Source: an uncultured Gammaproteobacteria bacterium (GTDB taxonomy: Bacteria; Pseudomonadota; Gammaproteobacteria; JABCZS01). Taken from it: DNA of 64,000 nucleotides. Location of the stretch: contig CAWKDC010000001.1 in the NCBI GenBank assembly GCA_963848305.1, forward strand, positions 22,490 to 86,489, read 5' to 3'. The notes under the pieces are model-generated. The model was not told the DNA's origin and did no database searches. It saw only the letters and a list, made by a program, of their open reading frames with translations. The first letter of the stretch is position 1; each line of letters begins with the position of its first letter. Positions 22,257-31,466 of the stretch are shown here, in pieces. Position numbers and translations under genes: made by a program.

Positions 22257-23903
22257 ATGAAAAAGGTACCCTGCTTGTGGCTGGCTTTTCTATTCTCTGG
22301 TCTCGTATGGTTTGCTCTCCCCGAAAGGACAATGACTGGATCGGCGGGATTCGCAGACAATGCCTTTCCGGGTGAAAGCAATCCAGACATGTCATCGCGG
22401 GATCCGCACTCTTCCGCGGCAATCTGCTACGCCTCACCCCATGGGAATGACACGGCGGATGGATTGACCTTCAGGAGCGCCAAGCAGGATGTGATGTCGT
22501 GCTATGACGCTATTCCTGGTGGAACCATTGTCATGCTGGATGGCGGTCACGGAGTCCCGCTGCGCGCCTGCCCGCGTGTGGATCCCGCAGGCTGCGGAAT
22601 CTGGATCATGGGTTCAACAGACCCAAATTATGCACACCCCCCTGCCGGGTGGAGAAAAGAAAAGGCCATTAGTTTTGTAGGAGGCATGCGAACCGGTGAC
22701 GAAGCGCTCGGTCATGACTACCAAACCCATATCGCCGCCGGCGGATCTGACTCGAAGCATCCCGGAATTTGGCTGAGTTCCACGTTTCAAATAACCTTTG
22801 AAAACATTTTTATAACCTCTTGCCTGCCGGCTTTGGTCGGGACAGACTCCAACAGAAATCCGGCAAACGGGCAATCGTGGGACAATGTCTTCGATAACGT
22901 CGGGTTCTGGGCAACAAAATCTGTGGGCTGCGGGCCGGGGATCTTTATCAGTTCATCCTCAAGCCGCAACTTCATTAGGCACTCACAGGTTCAAGGGTCG
23001 ACGTCAGAACATGCCCTCGCCGCAACGATCTCGCGCCAATCGAATATCGTGACCTTCACGGCTAACGCCAAACTGCCGGCATCGTGGAAAACGGGCATGG
23101 TGGTCGGCGTGGAAGGCGTTCGTGACCCTGATTTCGACGGCGGGGATTTCACCATCACGCTCATTGGCGCCAAGACGTTCACCTATCCCCAAATCGGGCC
23201 GGAAGCCACATCCTCCGGGGGCAGGGCGGCCTCAGATGGCAATCAGGCAATCGTGATGAACCCCCATGGGGCACAGGGAAACTCTCTGTCCGCGGATGAT
23301 TTACATTTATACGATGGAGCCATGAAGGTCTATGCCGGGACTTCGCGCACAAACTTAGATGTCGCTAAAGTAGACCAAGAGGGCGGGTTTGGCCCTGCAA
23401 TCTGGATTGCTACCTGCAATTCTTCAATGGTTGTAAACGCCCAGGACATTCGCACCGCCAAGCGGGACCTAGACGGAATATTTGCTTCGGTCAGATCTGA
23501 TTGCACCAAAAGCGCGCAAGATCTTGCCAGCAGACCACACGTCCAATACGCCTCTGTCGAGGGTCCAGCAAGATTTTTTGGGGGCGAGGATCCGTCAAGG
23601 ACAATCGCAAATCCACCCTTAAGGAGCCAGCGCGGGAATCTCAAGAGCGGACTTACCAAACAAACGAAGGCCTTTGCCGTGCAAGTTGGCGCATTTCGCG
23701 ATCCCGCCAATGCAGACCTTGTTAGGGCACGCGTGGGGGCAACCTATGGCCCGGTGGTCATCACCCGTTCCGACCAGAGCAACCATCCCTTCTACCGAGT
23801 TTGCGTGGGCCACGAAAGTTCCCCGAGTGCGGCGCGGGAATTAGGGGAAAAGCTTCGCAGCGCAAATTTGGCGGCAGGGACTATGGTCGTCAGAGTGAAC
23901 TAG
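22257..23903 (+). CDS. secreted beta-helix-like protein with a C-terminal SPOR (peptidoglycan-binding) domain
   Basis: Signal/TM MKKVPCLWLAFLFSGLVWFALP; the C-terminus FAVQVGAFRDPANADLVRARV...YRVCVGHESSPSAARELGEKLRS is a typical SPOR repeat. Confidence 0.55.
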   Translation: MKKVPCLWLAFLFSGLVWFALPERTMTGSAGFADNAFPGESNPDMSSRDPHSSAAICYASPHGNDTADGLTFRSAKQDVMSCYDAIPGGTIVMLDGGHGVPLRACPRVDPAGCGIWIMGSTDPNYAHPPAGWRKEKAISFVGGMRTGDEALGHDYQTHIAAGGSDSKHPGIWLSSTFQITFENIFITSCLPALVGTDSNRNPANGQSWDNVFDNVGFWATKSVGCGPGIFISSSSSRNFIRHSQVQGSTSEHALAATISRQSNIVTFTANAKLPASWKTGMVVGVEGVRDPDFDGGDFTITLIGAKTFTYPQIGPEATSSGGRAASDGNQAIVMNPHGAQGNSLSADDLHLYDGAMKVYAGTSRTNLDVAKVDQEGGFGPAIWIATCNSSMVVNAQDIRTAKRDLDGIFASVRSDCTKSAQDLASRPHVQYASVEGPARFFGGEDPSRTIANPPLRSQRGNLKSGLTKQTKAFAVQVGAFRDPANADLVRARVGATYGPVVITRSDQSNHPFYRVCVGHESSPSAARELGEKLRSANLAAGTMVVRVN

Positions 23904-24326
23904 AAAGTTTCCCAATGTCCGCGCAGCGTCTTCTCCTCTTCGTTCACCATATCACTCAGATTCAGCATCTTTGCCCACAGGACTTGAGATACGTTAACTC
24001 GTTGGGCATGTCAATGTCTCCCAATAATTCCGTGGTGGACTTGTCAAATCTCCCCGCTTAGGTAAAAGTCTTCTGTTATTGCGGAACCACTTTGGGCAAA
24101 TTGTCCCTGCTAGGCGACCTTTTCGTCCTCACGCTTTGACGCTTCAGGATATTTTACGGACATCATGACCGAAAACATACAATATCTAGCGTATCTTTAG
24201 ATTTCCTACGCAATCTAGAGTATGTCACATAATAATCATGCGATTTAAGGTAGTACCTGAGTACTCTAGACTTCAATATGTGATACCGGTAATTTAGTCG
24301 GGCGAGGACTGAGGAGTAATATTTTT

Positions 24327-25670
24327 ATGAAGACCGGAAATCACAAATTTGACCGCGGGACTGCATTAATACTCGCCACGGCCTGCATTGCCATGGCCAT
24401 TTTAGCCACGTCTTGTGGTGGTGGGGCCGGCAGCAGCGCCACCGCTGATACAGCCTCCACAACAGGACTCTCGATAAGTCCCCCTACCGTGACCTTCGGC
24501 AGCCAAGCTGTTGGGACGGCAAGTGCGGCCCAGACCAACACCGTCACGAATGCGGGCAACTCGGCCGTGGGCATTTCCAGCATTGCGCTCGGAGGGACAA
24601 ATCCCAGCGACTTTGCACAATCCACTAACTGCGGCTCCACCGTTGCGGCGGGTGCCAGTTGCACAATCACCGTGACCTTCCAACCGACGGCGACGGGAAC
24701 TCGCAGCGCCGAAGTAACTGTCACCGACAATGTCTCCCACAGCCCCCATAAGGTCAGCGTCAGCGGAACGGGTATGGCGTCTACTGTCACCCTATCTCCC
24801 ACCAGCCTCACTTTCGCCAGCCAAACCGTCGGCGCCGCCAGCGCGGCCCAGACCATCACGCTGAGCAACTCGGGCAACGCGGCCTTAAGTGTGACCAGCA
24901 TCGCGGTCTCCGGCGCCAACGCCAGTGACTTTACAGAAACCAATAATTGCGGATCAAGCGTGGCGGCTGGAGCCAATTGCACGATCAGCGTTACCTTCAA
25001 GCCGGCCGCGGCAGGAGCTCGCACCGCCGCCATCTCCGTTACGGACAACGCTACCGGCGGCCCGCAGAGCGCGGTCCTTTCGGGCACCGGGGGGAGCACT
25101 ACCGCCGCGGCCAGCGTTTCGCCCACCAGCCTGTCTTTTGGGAACGAAGCGGTGGACATGGTCAGCACCTCGCAAGTCGTTACCCTGAGCAACACAGGCA
25201 GCGCGGGCTTGGGCATCTCGAGCATCGCCTTTACGGGTGCTGATGCCGCCGACTTCACGGAGGTTGACACTTGCAGTCCCGCGGTGGCCGCAGGGAGCAC
25301 TTGCACGATCGCAATTTTATTTACACCCGCCGCCAGCGGAACGCGCACGGCTACCTTGAGCATCGCCGACAATGCCACCGGCAGCCCGCAGTCCGTGTCG
25401 CTTTCGGGCTCGGGAACGCACGACGTAATGCTGTCTTGGACCGCCAGTTCGACTCCTGGGGTCATGGGCTATAACGTCTACCGGGGGACGACCTCCGGTG
25501 GAGAGAGTGCGGCACCGCTGAATTCCGCGCCGGTTTGCAATACCACATTTGCGGACGCGAATGTCACGGCAGGAGCGACGTACTACTATCACGTGACGGC
25601 CATAGCTGCGAATGATGTTACGCAGAGCTCGGCCTCGAACGAAACGACTGCAACCGTCCCCACACCTTAA
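24327..25670 (+). CDS. lipoprotein with three choice-of-anchor-D/ASH-like about 100-aa repeats and a C-terminal fibronectin-III-like domain
   Basis: Lipobox ILATSCGGG; repeats LSPTSLTF.SQ.VG.ASAAQT.TLSNSGNAAL...DF...NCGSSVAAGA.CTI.VTF.P...G.R.A..SVTDNA; LSWTASSTPGVMGYNVYRG...YYYHVTA. Confidence 0.7.
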   Translation: MKTGNHKFDRGTALILATACIAMAILATSCGGGAGSSATADTASTTGLSISPPTVTFGSQAVGTASAAQTNTVTNAGNSAVGISSIALGGTNPSDFAQSTNCGSTVAAGASCTITVTFQPTATGTRSAEVTVTDNVSHSPHKVSVSGTGMASTVTLSPTSLTFASQTVGAASAAQTITLSNSGNAALSVTSIAVSGANASDFTETNNCGSSVAAGANCTISVTFKPAAAGARTAAISVTDNATGGPQSAVLSGTGGSTTAAASVSPTSLSFGNEAVDMVSTSQVVTLSNTGSAGLGISSIAFTGADAADFTEVDTCSPAVAAGSTCTIAILFTPAASGTRTATLSIADNATGSPQSVSLSGSGTHDVMLSWTASSTPGVMGYNVYRGTTSGGESAAPLNSAPVCNTTFADANVTAGATYYYHVTAIAANDVTQSSASNETTATVPTP

Positions 25671-25881
25671 CATCTGACACCAGTGAGCTTGATGTCGAAC
25701 GCCAACTCCCCCGGCTGGTTGCCTGACCGACGTCAAGGGGAATTCACCCCTGCCGTCCTTTGCTTCTCTTAGCGGACCCCCGTCCACGGACCGCCAATTC
25801 GTGGTAATTTGTACAAGCTTCCTTATACTCCGCCCGCACTGATCCGACTTAGATCAGGAGAGTGCCGGCGAGATCCTTACC

Positions 25882-27438
25882 ATGGGGATGAAAGGTATGA
25901 GCAAAGGACAGAAAGTGGCGATCTTTGACACAACGCTGAGGGATGGCGAGCAAGCGGCTGGGTCGAGGCTCAGCAGCCCCGATAAGCTCACGCTGGCGCG
26001 GCAGTTAGCCCGACTGAAAGTCGACGTCATCGAGGCCGGATATCCCGCTTCTTCGCCCGAAGACTTCGAGGCCGTCAAGCGGATCGCGCAGGAGATTGAC
26101 GGCCCGGTGATCTGCGGTTTGTCGCGTGCCGTGCCCGAGGACATTGAGGCCTGCGGCAAGGCGCTGGCGAGGGCCAAAAGGCCCCGCATCCATACCGGCA
26201 TCGGCGTTTCGGATATTCACATCATGGGGAAATTCCGCGACGAGAAATACGGCAAGACGCTCGGTGAGAAGAAGGTCAAAATGATGCAGATGGCAGTGGA
26301 GGCGGTCAAGCGGGCTCGCAGCCACGCCGATGACGTGGAGTTCTACGCCGAAGACTCCGGCCGCGCCGAGCCGGCGTACCTCTACGAAATCCTCGAGGCC
26401 GCCATTGATGCCGGCGCCACCGTCGTCAACATTCCCGATACCACCGGCTACGCGGTGCCGGAGCAGTACGGAGCACTGATTCGGGGCATTGCCGAGAACG
26501 TCCGCAACATCCAAAGCGCCACCATCAGCGTCCACTGCCATGACGACCTGGGCATGGCGGTTGCCAACTCGCTCGCGGGCATCCGCAACGGCGCCCGCCA
26601 GGTGGAGGGTACCATCAATGGAGTCGGAGAACGGGCGGGCAACGCCGCGCTGGAAGAGATCGTCATGGCCCTCCGCACGCGAGCCGACTTCTTTGGGGTG
26701 TCTACCGGCATCGACACCCGCGAACTGTATCGCACTAGCCGCCTGGTATCCGATCTGCTCGGCACGGTGGTTCCGCCCAATAAAGCCGTGGTGGGCGGAA
26801 ATGCGTTCTCGCACAGCTCGGGAATCCACGTGGATGGATTTCTGAAAGACCGGGAGACTTACGAGATCATGCGCCCGGAGGACGTCGGCCTGGCGCAGAG
26901 CCACGTGGTTTTGACGGCGCGCACCGGACGCGCCGGGTTGCGCGCGCGCCTGGAAAAGCTGGGGCACAAGCTTTCCAAAGAGGATCTGGACGTCATCTAT
27001 CAGCGCTTTCTGGCCGTGGCGGACAAGAAACTCGAGGTTTTCGACGAGGACCTGGTTGCCATCGTGCGCGACGAATTACACCCGGTGCCCGAAGTCTGGC
27101 AGCTCGAATACTTGCACGTTTCCAGCGGTACTTCGGCCATCCCCACCGCCACCCTGCGCTTGCGCGTCCATGGGGACGTGCGGGAGGGGGCCGCGATCGG
27201 AAACGGTCCCGTAGACGCCGTCTATAAAGCGATCACGGCACTGGCGGGAGACTCTGTCCGACTGGTGCGCTACGACATTCACGCCGTGACGGGCGGCACG
27301 GGAGCCATGGGCGAAGTAACCGTGCAGCTCGAAAAAGGGGAGCGGCGGGTCGTGGGGCGGGGCGCATCCACTGACGTGATTGAAGCGAGTGCCAAAGCGT
27401 ACCTGGACGGGCTCAATCGATTGGCGAGCCTCGGCTAG
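25882..27438 (+). CDS. leuA: 2-isopropylmalate synthase (or citramalate synthase; LeuA/CimA family), intact
   Basis: VAIFDTTLRDGEQAAG, HCHDDLGMAVANSLAGI, GTINGVGERAGNAALEE, C-terminal regulatory domain. Confidence 0.8.
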   Translation: MGMKGMSKGQKVAIFDTTLRDGEQAAGSRLSSPDKLTLARQLARLKVDVIEAGYPASSPEDFEAVKRIAQEIDGPVICGLSRAVPEDIEACGKALARAKRPRIHTGIGVSDIHIMGKFRDEKYGKTLGEKKVKMMQMAVEAVKRARSHADDVEFYAEDSGRAEPAYLYEILEAAIDAGATVVNIPDTTGYAVPEQYGALIRGIAENVRNIQSATISVHCHDDLGMAVANSLAGIRNGARQVEGTINGVGERAGNAALEEIVMALRTRADFFGVSTGIDTRELYRTSRLVSDLLGTVVPPNKAVVGGNAFSHSSGIHVDGFLKDRETYEIMRPEDVGLAQSHVVLTARTGRAGLRARLEKLGHKLSKEDLDVIYQRFLAVADKKLEVFDEDLVAIVRDELHPVPEVWQLEYLHVSSGTSAIPTATLRLRVHGDVREGAAIGNGPVDAVYKAITALAGDSVRLVRYDIHAVTGGTGAMGEVTVQLEKGERRVVGRGASTDVIEASAKAYLDGLNRLASLG

Positions 27439-27656
27439 AAGGCCGGACGTCGGGGTTTCCATGGCGCCGTCCTCGGGTCAAGCGAAATCATACGAAAGGG
27501 GAAACTTCCGGAAACGAAGGCTACCCGACAGTTATCGGTGAACGCTGGGCGACTACCGAGGAGTTATTTCCCCGAACCCCGTATCCGCGGAGTTTGCATA
27601 CTTGCTGGTAGTAAGGGCGTTTTCCCACGCGGAATCCGCATTTAGGGTAGGTGCTG

Positions 27657-27998
27657 CTATCCGGCGAGCCTGCGGAAGGTAGGGTGTTCGCTCCCCGCTG
27701 TGGTCGCCGCTGGAGTCTTGCGGTAGACGAAAACGATTTTGCCGGACTCGGGGACGGCGTCACGGTCGGGCTGAACGCCGCGGTCGTTCACCAGGTGGGC
27801 GAACACGGCTTGGGCGGCGTCGGTGGTGTAGGCTTCGCGATAGGTTAACTCATCGCCCAGATCGGCCTCCCGGTGCCGCTGGAAGAACGGCCCGCGCGCA
27901 TCTTTGGCCGTCCCTACGCACCATTCCTCGCACGCACCCCCGTGTTTCCGAATGTGCCCTTCCATGTCTTCAATAATTTCCTGACGGTTGATAGGCAT
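27657..27998 (-). CDS. hypothetical small protein (113 aa)
   Basis: An intact ORF with reasonable codon usage; unknown family. Confidence 0.35.
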   Translation of the reverse strand: MPINRQEIIEDMEGHIRKHGGACEEWCVGTAKDARGPFFQRHREADLGDELTYREAYTTDAAQAVFAHLVNDRGVQPDRDAVPESGKIVFVYRKTPAATTAGSEHPTFRRLAG

Positions 27999-28157
27999 AA
28001 TCGTAGCCTTTCTCTTCAGTTTTAAATCTTGAATCTGCCCCTCGCCCCTTGTCAGTCGTTACTCGCCACTAGTTCTTGGGCGTTTCACATTTGCAAACAT
28101 GTGAACGCTCGTCGTATTGGGAGCCGCGGAGTAGTTCTGAGATAGGCGCAACGCGCT

Positions 28158-28398
28158 ACCCGCCTTCTCCGAAAAAAAATTCCGGCAGAAATTGGACTAC
28201 ATGCACAAGAACCCGGTGACGCGCGGCCTGGTGATCTCTCCCGGTGATTGGCCGTGGTCAAGCTGGAGGTTCTACTATTCACAGGATGCATCGATTCTCC
28301 GCATGGACCGGATGCGTTGAGTCCAACTTTCGAGAAGTCCCTTCGGGAGATCGCAGACTTCAAAGAGCCGGAGTCTGCCAGCCCCCGTGTCTTGCAGC
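28158..28398 (+). mobile_element. partial copy (about 240 bp, 3' end only) of the IS200/RAYT element found at 30.8-31.47 kb
   Basis: About 90% identical to 31227-31466, including the A8 tract, the DWPWSSWRFYY coding segment and the subterminal hairpin gcagact...agtctgc. Confidence 0.75.
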
Positions 28399-28540
28399 AT
28401 TTCGACATTGAAGGTTACTAAGCAAGATTATGTTATGATCCCAGGAACCATCGGCTTGGCACGCAGACACACATCAAGAGCAATGCGCCAGCCGGCCGGA
28501 AGCCCTGGAGCTGCATATTAGTGCCACAGGGCGGGAGAGG

Positions 28541-29074
28541 TCATTTCGTGATCGTCACGTCACTAACGGACTTGAGGATCAGTCGAGTCTGATACAACGT
28601 ACTGGGCGTGAACCCATAGCCTTTCCTGACGACGGTCTTGCCAGTCTTATCCGTCACTGTCAATTTGTCTGGACCGTCGAACCGTCCGACGAGCGTCGCG
28701 AATACTCGGCCTTCTGGAGGCTTAGAGGACGGGCCGATCTGCAGTCCCCACCCGTACTTCGAAAGCGCTTCGTCCAACTTCTTGAGATTCTCATCTTTCA
28801 ATAGACTGAATTCAGGGCGGTCCGAGTCTCGCACGAGGTCCGGGGAATAGAGCGCGACGGCCGCCCCTTTGTGGTCGCACTCCGCCAGGAGGACAGAAAT
28901 CTCGAATGCCGCGTAGACTTGCGTGCGAATGCGAACCATTTTCCCGCTAAAGGCCGCCGGGTTCCGAACGAGCTCGCACACCGTGGTGTCAATGGGGTTC
29001 ATAGCCGCCCTGTCGGGCAACGCACAAATTCCGAGCGCCACGATCGCCAATAGAATCGTTCTCAATGTGGACAT
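28541..29074 (-). CDS. signal-peptide protein immediately downstream of the RHS toxin domain; candidate cognate immunity protein
   Basis: MSTLRTILLAIVALGICALPDRAA signal; 177 aa; an 18-bp gap to the RHS stop on the same strand. Confidence 0.45.
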   Translation of the reverse strand: MSTLRTILLAIVALGICALPDRAAMNPIDTTVCELVRNPAAFSGKMVRIRTQVYAAFEISVLLAECDHKGAAVALYSPDLVRDSDRPEFSLLKDENLKKLDEALSKYGWGLQIGPSSKPPEGRVFATLVGRFDGPDKLTVTDKTGKTVVRKGYGFTPSTLYQTRLILKSVSDVTITK

Positions 29075-29091
29075 GTGATCTCCCTTCCCGC

Positions 29092-30879
29092 CTACTGCTG
29101 CTCCCAGGGGTCATGATAGGGCAATGGGTCAACAAAGATCTTGCCGGGATTCAGACGAGGGTACGTACCCATGATCAGATTCGATGTGCCAGCATCGTTG
29201 AAACCTCGGCCACTCGTAAAGATAGTGTAGCCGCCAGCCGAAAGACCGGACAGGCCAAGCCCTTGTGCCACCCAAGCGGACGTTTCATACCCGCGATACT
29301 CGAACGAGAAGTCCGGCAGCGGGGCCGTCGAACTCCTTGGATCGAGATTGTCCATCACGTGGGTTCCCTCGTGGCCAGCATTTATCGCCATGATGGTTTC
29401 GTTTGGATTCTTGCTCATGTCGAACGTAACTGCTGAGCCGACCGTTGCAGCAGCACCTAGCCCGCGCAGGTCGCCGGTCGTGACGGTCACTCCGTTATCA
29501 TCGCCTGCCTTGCCATAGGTCTTCAGAACTGCATCGAGCCTCGCACGCTCCTCGCTGCCCTTTCCGAAGCTGTTTCTCGCCGCTTTTATGTCGTCCAACG
29601 AATCCTTAAACTCTTTCTTGAAAGCCTTGAAATCAGCGTTACACTGTTTGTCAGATTTCTCGCAAGGGTTCTTGAAATCGTAGAGCCCGGTGGGATCGAC
29701 GCGAGTGGTGGGATTATTCCGGACATAAGCATACATATTCCAGGTCTGGGGGTCGCTGGGGTCGGCAGCGGCCAGGCCTGCCGGGTCGGGGGTGAGCCAG
29801 CGGCCGGCCAGGTCGTCATAGACCCGGTGCGGGGCCAATTTAAAATCGCCATCCCCCTCCTGAAACGCCGCCCACTCCCACTCCCATAAATTACCGGCCG
29901 TTTGCCACAACTGACCCCAGGGGTACCACAGTAAGTCCTCGGTCCAGTTCCCCAGATGGTTGGTGTCCTGGGTTGCGGAACCGAGAAAGTTGGGGTGCTG
30001 AAGATAGGTCTCGTTGTTGTCACGGGAATATGCTGCGATTTTCCGCCCCCCCGCTCGTACCTGGTCCACCCACAAGCTGCTGCCGTCGGCGTTCCCCAGC
30101 CAATCACCATTGGGAGCGAACAATGCGGACATGTTGGTCCACGGCACGGCATAGTAGACCTCTTGGCCGAAGGCATTATAAACTGCGCTGGAATTGGTTT
30201 CCCGCCCCTCGCCATCCCAGGAGAAGCTATTCGTGCCGTCACTGGTCAGATTCCCCGCGGCGTCGTAGCTGAAGCCGTCAATGCGATTCGGGTAATTGTT
30301 GTAAGTCAATACCGGGCAAGGGCCGTTCGTAGACCCGTTCATCAAGCAGGTCATGTTGCCGTAGGCGTCATAGCCAAAGGCGAGGTTATACGTGCTGTTG
30401 CCGCTCGCCTGCGCGCAAGCCAGGCGATTCACGCCGTCATAGACATACAAGGCCGAGTGGCTCATCGTGCTGTTCACCGCGTCCGTGAAAGTATAACCAA
30501 TCACGTCGCCGTTGTTGCCGCTCCCGGACGCGGACACGGGGCAGCCGGGCGGCGTACTGCCGCCGGGCAAAGAGTAATTATACCCCAGTGTATAGTACGC
30601 TCCGGGGTTGCCGCTGGTGCCCAACTGAATCTGGGTCGGCTGCATCCGGTTATTGTAGGAGTAGGTTTCCTGGCTGTTCGTGCACCCGGAACCCGCGCAG
30701 CCGTTGGTGAGACCGCTTAGCGCCCCCCAGGGAGTGTAGGCCGGCTGGCGCTCAGACACCCGTTCTTTGGTGTCTGCGATTCCCGAAGGGACGTTCTCTT
30801 CCGGCCCCGCACCGTCGAGAGTATACTCTTCTGCGCCATGCCCTTCTACCACCGCGTTTACAGTCCCGGTGAACTGCAA
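29092..30879 (-). CDS. RHS/YD-repeat protein C-terminal fragment with a variable C-terminal toxin domain carrying an HExxH motif (N-terminus lost at the IS junction)
   Basis: YD repeats (YVYDGVNRL, FGYDAYGNMT, FSYDAAGNLTSDG); RHS core end RWLTPDPAGL...NMYAYVRNNPTTRVDPTGL; about 210-aa tail with AINAGHEGTHVMD. Confidence 0.75.
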   Translation of the reverse strand: MQFTGTVNAVVEGHGAEEYTLDGAGPEENVPSGIADTKERVSERQPAYTPWGALSGLTNGCAGSGCTNSQETYSYNNRMQPTQIQLGTSGNPGAYYTLGYNYSLPGGSTPPGCPVSASGSGNNGDVIGYTFTDAVNSTMSHSALYVYDGVNRLACAQASGNSTYNLAFGYDAYGNMTCLMNGSTNGPCPVLTYNNYPNRIDGFSYDAAGNLTSDGTNSFSWDGEGRETNSSAVYNAFGQEVYYAVPWTNMSALFAPNGDWLGNADGSSLWVDQVRAGGRKIAAYSRDNNETYLQHPNFLGSATQDTNHLGNWTEDLLWYPWGQLWQTAGNLWEWEWAAFQEGDGDFKLAPHRVYDDLAGRWLTPDPAGLAAADPSDPQTWNMYAYVRNNPTTRVDPTGLYDFKNPCEKSDKQCNADFKAFKKEFKDSLDDIKAARNSFGKGSEERARLDAVLKTYGKAGDDNGVTVTTGDLRGLGAAATVGSAVTFDMSKNPNETIMAINAGHEGTHVMDNLDPRSSTAPLPDFSFEYRGYETSAWVAQGLGLSGLSAGGYTIFTSGRGFNDAGTSNLIMGTYPRLNPGKIFVDPLPYHDPWEQQ

Positions 30880-31466
30880 TTCATCACCACCAGCACCTAT
30901 CGCCGCACGCCCCTTTTCCTCTCGGATCGCTTTCGGCGCTGCTTTGTCCAGAGGCTGGAGGAGGTGCGGCAGGAATTACATTTCCTGCTCGTCGGCTGGG
31001 TTCTGATGCCCGAGCATTTTCATATGCTGATCAAGCCCGAGCCCGCCGAAACCACTCCCCTGATTATGAAGGGGCTCAAGGAGGAATCGGCCAAGCGCAT
31101 CATCAGAACACTTCGGGAAAACCTTCGGTATCCTTGGTGCCGGAAGACGCTCGCCAGGCTGCGGCTGCCCTCCACGGTTCACGATGAATCACACTACCGC
31201 CTCTGGCAGCGCCGCTTTTACCCCTTCAATGTCTTCTCCGAAAAAAAATTCCAGCAGAAATTGGACTACATGCACAACAACCCGGTGACGCGCGGGCTGG
31301 TGAGTTCCCCCGGCGACTGGCCGTGGTCAAGCTGGAGGTTCTACTATTTGCAGGATGCGTCAATTCTCCGCATGGATCGGATGCGCTGAGCTCAACTTAC
31401 CAGAAGTCCCTTCGGGAGATCGCAGACTCCAAAGAGCCGAAGTCTGCGCCAGCCCCGTGTCTGGAA
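30800..31466 (+). mobile_element. IS200/IS605-like element carrying a REP-associated tyrosine transposase (left boundary approximate)
   Basis: RAYT gene plus a subterminal hairpin cgcagactccaaagagccgaagtctgcg; the 3' 240 bp is duplicated at 28158-28398. Confidence 0.65.
30838..31389 (+). CDS. REP-associated tyrosine transposase (RAYT, IS200-like Y1 HuH transposase)
   Basis: HuH motif MPEHFHMLIKP; YRLWQRRFY; DYMHNNPVTRGLVSSPGDWPWSSWRFY, which matches the RAYT signature. Confidence 0.8.
   Translation: MPFYHRVYSPGELQFITTSTYRRTPLFLSDRFRRCFVQRLEEVRQELHFLLVGWVLMPEHFHMLIKPEPAETTPLIMKGLKEESAKRIIRTLRENLRYPWCRKTLARLRLPSTVHDESHYRLWQRRFYPFNVFSEKKFQQKLDYMHNNPVTRGLVSSPGDWPWSSWRFYYLQDASILRMDRMR

Noticed and set aside
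24341-25465. 374-aa minus-strand ORF
   Set aside because: It is antisense to the repeat-lipoprotein gene, and the plus-strand frame has the lipobox and domain repeats.
26005-26967. 320-aa minus-strand ORF
   Set aside because: It is antisense to leuA.
27440-27660. Possible structured ncRNA downstream of leuA
   Set aside because: No recognisable conserved motifs (tmRNA, RNase P, SRP, 6S) could be confirmed by eye; unsupported.
29956-30720. 254-aa plus-strand ORF
   Set aside because: It is antisense to the RHS YD-repeat region.
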